Below are positions 54,768 through 64,000 of a stretch of 64,000 nucleotides of DNA, piece after piece. The notes beneath the pieces were generated by a model. That model ran no database searches. It was not told the origin of the DNA and saw only the letters and a list, made by a program, of their open reading frames with translations. Each line of letters begins with the position of its first letter. Position 1 is the stretch's first letter. The stretch is taken from positions 2,790,001 to 2,854,000 of the forward strand of contig OX597832.1 of the NCBI GenBank assembly GCA_951406725.2, written 5' to 3'. The position numbers and the translations under genes were made by a program. This DNA comes from Octopus vulgaris (lineage: Eukaryota).

Positions 54768-56798
54768 ATATTCTGTATATCTGTACAACATTAAAATATC
54801 CTTAATTTGTATTTTTGTGGTAGTTATATTAAGCTTGAGTGAAAGCCTTGCCTCAATTCACTCAAGTTCTAGCTTTATCTAAAGCAAATATGCAGATTGT
54901 TTCAGCACCCACATGTACACATAATGGAACACATATATACACATTTATACAAACATGAATGCATATATACACACATTCTGTAGTTATGAGGTATTATCAG
55001 AAGTTTCTGGATTGTTGTGATTGCACTGTTCGATTGAAATATATTTGGGGATACTTAAGCATATAGACATGTTGGAACGTATATATGCATATATTTGTAT
55101 CCTGCCGAGTATGTTTGCTGTCACCTTATCTACACCTCCTATCTTATATACCTGTTAATCACCTTCCTTCTTTCACTCATCTCCCCATTCACTTTGATCC
55201 CTTTATCACTCATACCCCTTCTATCTCTTAGCTCCTCACCACTTATGAAGCTCACAAAGTATGAATGGTTGCCCTACATATTGCCCCATCCCTCTACCTA
55301 CCCATCCTTCACTTGGCCCATGTAAGAGAAAGTATATTTGTCCAGCCTCATCACTCAATCTGTGCCCACCTTCCTTCTCTCATCCATCTCCCCCACTCAC
55401 CTCAGTCATCATTCTATCACTTAACTGTCATCTCACCACTTACCTATTGCCAGTCATAACACCCTCTCAGCCTTTTTTTCACCAACTGTCTTTTCCACCA
55501 GTTGGTGAAAAAACATTCTCTCATCTCATCATCCTCTTATCTCAGTGACCTAACCCCTCTGACACCCTGCACTTCTTTTTCAATGACTCTCTCTGGATCT
55601 TCATCTATTTTCTCTTTCATGTTCCCTTCCACCACACCTTCCACCCATACTTGCTCTTGTAATATGGTATAACCTTGGAGACCCTGTACACAACCCACTT
55701 GCCTAAAACCATTGCACATTCACATACACTCTATTTTTCTATCTATCTCCCATTCTCCATCAGTTACAGAGGACCCTTTAGTCTTGCAAGTTGCAAGATA
55801 ACCTCATTAGTGCTGGTGCCATGGTAATAGCACCCAGTAGTACATACAACAAAATGGTTGGCTTTAGGAATGGCCTCTGGCTATAGAAACCATGCCAAAA
55901 ACAGATATAGTTCTTCAGTTCATTGGATTCTGTCAAACCATCCATCCCATGCCAGTAGTAGGGGTAGTAGCTACTTCTTGTGAATTTTCTTCAATTTCTT
56001 CTATCATTTTCAATACAGTGACTGTTCATTGTGGATTTAACTTTCAGTACAAATAAGTTAGTAGGGGTCAAAATTAGAAAGTTGAGTGTCTTAAGCTTTG
56101 CCAAAACAATCACAGATAAGGAGTGATGCATTAGTAGGTGCTATGTTTGGGTGCAGCATCCAGATTTTGCTTGTCCTTGCCTTAGGCTTCTTCTATCATA
56201 TTGTCTCTCAAATGCCTCAGAAATTTCATGTAAAACTGTATTATATTTCTTGTCAGAACACATAAAACAAACTTATAATAAATGACACTGTTCCATTAGT
56301 ATAATTTTATATAGCAACCAATATATTTAGCTATATTGCACCTTGGGCAAGCGTTTTCCACTATAGCCTCAGGTTAAGCTCATTATGTGTGTGTGTGTGT
56401 CCCACCACTGCTTGATCACTGGTGTTGGTGTGTTTAAATCTTTGTAACTTAGTGGTTTGGCAAAAATTAAGTGCTGGGGTCAATTCATTCAACTAAATAT
56501 TCTTCAAGATGGTACCCCAGCATGGCCACGGTGTAATGACAGTAACAAATAAAAGATAAAAGACAGATCTGACAGGTCTTAACTTGTGAACCTTTATGAC
56601 TTCAGTATGACTCAAGTAAGGCAAGGATAACATAAACATGATATTTTACTTAAATTCTGTAACATGGTATTTAGATCCAACTCTGTTACTTCAAATAATT
56701 GTTTTCTTTCTTTCTTTCTTGCTCTTTCAATTAAGATTTTGTAGTACTGGGTGATTCCTGAAATTATCAACAATTGATAATGTACTCCATTATTAGTA

Positions 56799-58394
56799 TC
56801 TCTTATTATAAAAGGCAGATTTTATCTGCCTCCCTTTGGGAGTTATAGAAATCTACAATATAGGATTTCTTCAATTACAATTTACCTAGCATTTTTAAGA
56901 GTAGAATGCATCGGGTCATGCCAGGTCCAGTTTTTAAAATTTAAACTCCAATTAAGCAAAATTTACAGAAAACTCACATTCTGGTGTGTATGTCAAATGC
57001 TTTTCTTAGTCTGGTTTACAGCACACGCAAACGCACACACACAGTGTGCAACGAATAAAATGAAAGTAAATAGCGACAGAGTGATTTGAAGAAGACTAAA
57101 CTGAAAGTATTTAAACCACTACTCAAAAAATAAAGAAACACAGCAAACAGAAACAAATAAATACATAACGATTTACTCCTCACACAATTTCTTCAATTAG
57201 AGTTTACCTAAGATTTTTCAGAGTACTTCAGTGGGTGATGCCATAAAAAATTTCTTTCAATTTTACCACCAATTAAGACAAAATTCGAGAAAACTCAATA
57301 TTTTAACATATCACTCCGAAAGCATTGATGTACATGTGTGCGTGCGTGAGTGTGTGTGTGTCATTCCTCACACACACGCATACACATACATATACAACTA
57401 CATACACATACAACTACATACAAACACGTGTGTGTTTGTTATTAGTAAAAAAGGCGCCAAAACACAACTCACTTATCATTCCAACACATTTGCAAAGACA
57501 CACGGACGGACAGAAAAGGTAAATTGGTTTTTATTTTACTCTGTATATATTTTATTATATAATATTATATATAGATATATGTATATATAATTGCAGTATG
57601 AAACAGTGTTTATGTATAAACAGACGACACTTATATATAGTTATTATAATAAGAGATTAATAAATGTATGCATCCGTTTAACCCTTTCGTTACCAAGCCG
57701 CCCGAATTTACCTATTCATATTTAAATGAGAATATCAGAGCAAATCTCTTTAGTACATTCGTGAAAACACGTATTATACTTTGTAAACACTTCAACTACA
57801 GTTTTGTACAAAAATCGAAGTGTAATTTTAATTCCGTGAATTATGGGAGATTTTTTTCCGAAATTTGTTCCTATTGTGTTTTCAAAATTTGTAATTCTGA
57901 CAAAAAATGGATACGAATTTCATTATATCAAGCAGCGAGTCAGAATTCGAAGGATTTTCTACTGAAGACCTTCATAAATCTAACTCTATGACTGAAAAAA
58001 AAAAAGCATCTTTATATAAGAGTGAAGTTGTGTGTCTGTCTCCTACGATTTAGATTCCTAACTACTCCCACATTTTGCGGTGCAGTTTAACCAAAAGCGG
58101 GTATCTTATAGTCGTGATTCATATCGAGCCCTTCTGGGTATTAGCGTGCGTCTACGATGAGTCTACGATTTAAAAAAAATTTACCATCATATTTTTCCAT
58201 TTTAATGCATTTTTTTCGCTTTTATATAAGGGAAGTAACTCTCTAAAAATATCTACGATGTGTCAACGATTTAAAAAAAAATTTACCTTAATTTTTTTTC
58301 AATTTTTAATGCATTTTTTTGCTATTTTTTGGCTATAACTCTCTAAAAATGCTTATATAGTTATTTCCCTTACAACGCCGGGCGATACTGCTAG
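56799..58394 (+). mobile_element. Composite non-autonomous Helitron
   Basis: A|TC 5' end; caacgccgggcgatactg-CTAG|T 3' end; second 5' end at 58009. Confidence 0.8.
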
Positions 58395-58874
58395 TTATTA
58401 TAATAATAAGTACATTATTATATAATGTACTCATCATTATTGTTAAATTATTCTCTTGGAGGAGTAGCCCAATGTATGATTAATAATATTTCATAAGATC
58501 TGTTGCTAGATAAAGGTTGACCATGCCTGATAGAGATGCAATGATGATAATCATCATCATCACCATCAGGACATTCTCAACTGGTCATGGTCAAGCAGCT
58601 GACAAACAAAAATTTGTGGTATTGAACAAAATATTTGCTGTAGCCCATCTTTTATACCAAGACAAAACATGTACATGATAACACTTCCAATCAGTAAGAT
58701 CAAAAGCCATGAAAGCCAATGCCTGGTACTACAATTATTATTATTATTTCATCTTTATATCAAATCTAAATCTTCCTCTTATTTTTCTAAATCATACTAA
58801 CAACTAAGAGTTTAAGAATCTGAGGTTGCAGTTTGTGAAATACTAAAAATAGTGTTAGCACAATTTGTAGGAAA

Positions 58875-59676
58875 TCTCTTATTATAAAAGGCAGATTTTA
58901 TCTGCCTCCCTTTGTCAGTTATAGAAATCTACAATATAGGATTTCTTCAATTACAATTTACTTAGCATTTTTAAGAGTAGAATGCATCGGGTTTTGCCAG
59001 GTCCACTTTTTAAAATTTAAACTCCAATTAAGCAAAATTTACAGAAAACTCACATTCTGGTGTGTATGTCAAATGCTTTTCTTAATGTGTTTTACACCAC
59101 ACGCACACGCACACACACAGTGTGCAAGGAATAAAATGAAAGTAATTCACCTTTTGTAGTGAGTGACTCTTTCAGTCTGCCACTTCCTCTTTACACACAT
59201 AGACACGCAAATATATAAATAAATTGTAAGCTAATGTGCGTGTGTGTGAGTGTGTGTGCGTGTGTGTGTGTGTGAGGGTGCGTGTGTGTGTGTGTGTGCG
59301 TGTGCGTGAGTGTGTGACAGGAAAGTTTTTTAGGACGAATATAAGACCTATATCGGCGATGTTTCGCTTGTCGTAGCACAGGTTTCCGTCGATTTCCGTA
59401 AAAAACTTTTATTTTTTTACATAAGTAATGAGAGCGAAAGAGACTAAGAGAAAGCGATTGTATGACGAGGGAAGTTCTTTTGAAGTTACCGTGCATGGGA
59501 CGCATTGATGTACATGTGTGTGTGTGTGTTTGATGGAGTGTGGGAGACAGACAGTATGTTGTGTAAGTGAAGTGCTTCTGTTAGTGTGTGTGAAGAGACA
59601 GAGAGAGTAATGTGTGAAAGAGAGAGATAACTGAATTTTTTTACTCGGTGTATGTGTATATGTATGTATGCATGTA

Positions 59677-59708
<32 letters not shown>

Positions 59709-61112
59709 GCCGATTCAGTGTTTACATTTTTTACGGAAATCGACGGAAACGTGTGCTACGACAAGCGAAACATCGCCCCTATATCCAAGTAGCAGAAAGA
59801 TCGCCCAAAAGTGTATATAGATATTTAAATGTATTTATATATTCATCTATACACAGATGTATGTATAATGTGTGTGTATATATTTCCATACACGTAACCA
59901 ATCACTCCGCACAAAGTTTTTTAGGACGAAAATAAGATCTAAAGTTATCTCTAAGTAGCACAGAGATCGCCCAAAAGTGTATATAGATATATAAATGTAT
60001 TTATATATTCATCTTTGCACACATGTATGTATAACATGTGTGTATATATTTCCATAGAGGTAACCATTCACTCCATACAAAGTTTTTTAGCACGAAAATA
60101 AGATCTAAAGTTATCTCTAAGAAACAGAAAGATCGCCCAAAAGTGTATATAGATATTTAAATGTATTTATATATTCATCTATACACACATGTATGTATAA
60201 TGTGCGTGTATATATTTCCATAGAGGTAACCATTCAATCCATACAAAGTTTTTTAGGACGAAAATATTTATATATAAAAGAAAGGTTGTGTGTCTGTCTA
60301 CTCCGATTTAGATTCCTAACTACTCCCACATTTTGCGATGCAGTTTAACCAAAACCGGGTATCTTATAGTCGTGATTCATATCGAGCCCTTCTGGGTATT
60401 AGCGTGCATCTACGATGAGTCTATGATTTTACAAATAATTTACCATCATTTTTTTCCATTTTAATGCATATTTTTAAAAATAAACGGAAGTAACTCTCAA
60501 ACTTCACACCAATATGCGTGCTCATATGCGACGTAATATCACATCAGCAGCATTTCCTCACACCCTCCTTGCACTTGGCGAAGGCAAAATACCAGGGGAT
60601 GAAAATGGTAATATTACCATCGATTCCATTTGTACCATTGTTAAGACGCCTTCTGATCTCAGAGATGCAGTGTTCCCAGATCTACAAGCTAATTATCAGA
60701 ATATGGATTGGATTGGCAAAAAGGCTATACTGGCCCCGAGGAATAAAACTGTTCACCATATTAATGATGAAATGCTAAAACTCATTCCTGGGGAAGTCTA
60801 TGTATATCAGTCTATCGATACAACTCCTGACCCAGAGGACGTCATCAACTATCCAATAGAGGTACTCAATTCCTTTGAGCACCCCGGACTACCACCACAC
60901 TTTCTCAAACTTAAAGTTGGTGCCCCTATAATGCTCATCAGAAATTTGGTTCCCCCAAAACAATGCAATGGCACACGTTTGATCGTTAAGTCCTTATCTC
61001 CCCACCGTAAGCTTATATCAATATTTGCCTGAATAATCATCATAATTCAGTGCAATCATTAACAGTACTTTCAAGCAATTCAGCCCCGAGCAACGCCGGG
61101 CAATTCTGCTAG
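58875..61112 (+). mobile_element. Composite Helitron with a Pif1-like helicase fragment
   Basis: Same 5' ~270 bp as 56799; cccgagcaacgccggg hairpin then CTAG|T; ORF 60514-61032 with AILAPRN, PGLPPH, LKVGAPIMLIRNL, CNGTRL. Confidence 0.9.
59787..60262. repeat. ~166-bp minisatellite x3 inside the Helitron
   Basis: agatcgcccaaaagtgtatatagatat three times. Confidence 0.9.
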
Positions 61113-61433
61113 TATTTAATAGAAGTCACAGCAAAAACACTTGTGCTGAGCTGGTTGCTACTATTGATATCAGCCTCTTACATTCATTTTGAAATAAACC
61201 TTCATTTGATCTAAGGTCTGTTTTTGTCAATACTGTTTAATCCTTTAGCATTTAGTTTGGCCATATCCAGCCCAGTTATTCTGCTTGTTTTATGTTGAAA
61301 CTGACCAAACCCAACCTCTCACATCTACCTTACAATGTCATTCTAAAATTATACTAACACACCATTGAAATCTTGAAGCTCCAAAATTATTAATTCAAAA
61401 CAATGAGAATAAATAAGAATTACATTTGGTAGA

Positions 61434-64000
61434 TGTTGTGCTTGGGAAATGTAAAGAGGGTCACCTATCTCCCTCATTTGTCTGAACCCATCTAGTAGTA
61501 GTTGCTCCAGTGATCCTGCCCTACTCTGTCACCCAGTAATAAGCAGCTGCTATCTCCAACCTGAGAGCGAATTCCCTCAAGTCTGTTTGCAATGCCTCGA
61601 CTGGCCAAAAAAGACGACCCTCTGCTGTTCTCACTGTACTTCCCTTCTCACGCTTCCTCTTCCAACCAGTCCCTTGACCATTGATATCATGGTCCTCTTC
61701 TTCCAGCTCATGTTTCCCCATCTCCACTGATCACCTCCTCACATCACTCCATGTCGAAATCTACCACCCACCCGGATGGGTGCCTTGCATGTTGTGATCT
61801 TCTTAAACTGGGAACCTCTTTCTCTTCCTCTTCTCCACAATCATCATCTGACAAAGTAACAATCCTATGAACATCCAAGAAATGACGCAGCATTCCGTCC
61901 ACAGAGATGTTGTTTTTGGAATTGACAGCCATCACAATTTCTCTGTTCCACTGAGTTGTGCAGCGTGAATTTGGTGGCTTGACCCAGACTTCATCTCCCA
62001 CCTCCATGAAGTCGGACCCTCTCTCTTCTACAGGCATCTTGATGGTTTACTCGGATGCCACTATTCGTATTTGAATTTTGCTCTCTGTGGCATGGGCTCT
62101 TTGGCCTGTCCTGATTGGGGTTACATGTTGTACCAGCATCACACCATATGGCCCGTCTATCTGATTTGGGCATATGCCAGTTCACTCTGACTGGGTCTTC
62201 TGCTTTCATCTTCTCCAGGATTTCTCACATCATCGCCACCATCCCCTCTCCCACCTTCTTACTCCAGTTCTCCCCTTCTGCTCATCTCTTGGTGTAACTG
62301 CATGCTATACGCAGCCACCCCATGATTGGGTAGTGACCTACTAACTTCCCGCACATTGAGAACAGTTCTCACCTGCTGACGTTGGTACCCAGCTCCGGGA
62401 TCTCATTACACCTACAAAACATCAACTCACCTGTTCTGTCTCTCTGAAGCTTAAGTTCCAGTGCAACTCCTCCAGCCATTGGCTCTGGTGGCTTTTTTGC
62501 AATTAACCCGAATTTCTTCAAATGTCTCACAACCTCTGTGGCAGGCACTATGGTCTTGTCCACTAGGATGTCATCTATGTAGGAACTGGTGGCCCTTCTT
62601 ATCCTATCCACTAAAATACATGGCCGGTCATCTCCCGAAAGTCCAGTACCGGTCTAACTTTGCCCTTTGTTGGCCGCACCACTGCCATTAGAGGTAGCAC
62701 TTTGCTCACCACCTCACCATCCTCCACAGGATAAAGATACCTTCCTTAATCCACTTCTCTACCTCTTCTTGAAACTCGCCCCTGGTATGCCCTTTAAGGG
62801 TATGCTGATAGCAGCTCGCCTTGTTCTTCAGCATTGGGGGTCCCTCTTTCCAGTGCCACCCTATCGTCCATCGCTGACCATTGAACGCCATCTGAAAATC
62901 CTTGTCTTCAATGGCATAGGAAGTCAAGCTCCTCATGGGGCTCTGCCCCCACTCACATTCCTGACTACACAGCACACATTGCCTTCACGGCACCAAATGA
63001 AACCATGTCTCCTCCAAAACTGACACCTCCAAGGTGGTTGATCGCATCCATCCCCATTACCATGTCAATCCTGTCTATCACATGGTCGATCATGATTGCC
63101 CAAAACCTTACTGTTGTGCCTCACACTGCTATATCCATATCGCTGGTATGCTTGCATTCAATTATGCTGCCATTGGCCACCTGAACTCTACTTGTCCCCT
63201 TCCATTTCTTTGTCACCCTTGGGGTCACAAGAGTCATCATGCAACCCATGTCCACTAGGGTCTTGAACGTGTTTCCCCTGACCATGTCGGCAACAACAGG
63301 CTGTGACTTCACCAATGCCTCTACTCGTTCACAGGGGAAGTTTGAGAGGCAACAACTTTCCTGTGACCATTTCCCTGGCTACAATTTCAGGCAATATGCC
63401 CAGTCTGTTTGTACCGACAGCAAACCAGTCCAGGCTCCGTGCAGTAACCTTGCCAGGTGTGGTCCTTGGCACTTAAAATACCGGCCTGTGAACAGCTGCT
63501 GTTGTTCCTCAGCAGGCCTCTTTTTGTCCTTCGCTGGCTGTCATGCAGATTTGCGGGCTTCTGCAGCCGCCATCACTACTGCCTTCCGCCTGGTGTTTTG
63601 TGTCAACATGCGGGCTTGAACAATGAGCTCACTCGTTGCCATTTTGTTGCTGCCTGGCAACTGTTGTAGTTGCACCAACAAGTCATCGGGAAAGCCATTC
63701 ACAAAAGCCACTCACACTACTTTCTCAAGTCACTCACCGGTAAGACCAGACAACACAACCAACCTCCATACCTCCACAGCATATTCATCGACCTGTTTTC
63801 TCCATCTGATTGTTCCCAGCTTAGCAAAAGTGGTGTACTCTCAATCTGTGTAAGCCTCTCTCGAGCACTGATCGATCTTTGCCAGCTCAGCTGTTCTTCT
63901 TCATCCATTTCAAGGTACAGTGCCAGTGCACTCCCTTCCAAATACAGGGCCATGAGGCTTGCTACATCTTCGATGTCTTGTAGCCTGGCCACAACTTTGA
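61434..64000 (-). mobile_element. Gypsy-like LTR retrotransposon, internally deleted; probable 3' LTR 61434-61743
   Basis: gag LYLEGSALALYLEM; protease LVDMGC; RT SYIDDILV; integrase tail VGDEVWVKPP; TG..CA LTR; inserted into a MITE. Confidence 0.88.

Noticed and set aside
60514-61032. Host PIF1 helicase gene
   Set aside because: It is a partial, intronless fragment inside Helitron termini.

Overview
AT-rich, microsatellite-dense eukaryotic DNA. The SINE families and repeat style suggest an octopus (cephalopod) genome; this is an inference from recognition, not a search. The window is mostly intronic or intergenic and packed with decayed transposons: RTE, CR1-like and R4/Dong LINE fragments, mariner, a full-length IR/DR Tc1, a pogo-like element, Chapaev3, Helitrons, Gypsy and many tRNA-derived SINEs. 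The only confident host coding sequence is a 62-bp + strand exon of allograft inflammatory factor 1 (AIF1/Iba1, 50349-50410). There are weaker traces of a minus-strand IPT/TIG-domain gene. The most striking feature is in the first 25 kb: several unrelated families of minimal type-I hammerhead ribozyme motifs with palindromic stem III. They sit in fold-back (inverted-repeat) elements, Penelope-like remnants, and one non-coding 351-bp-period retrozyme-like unit. Coordinates of decayed elements are approximate. Nothing was checked against a database or a folding program.
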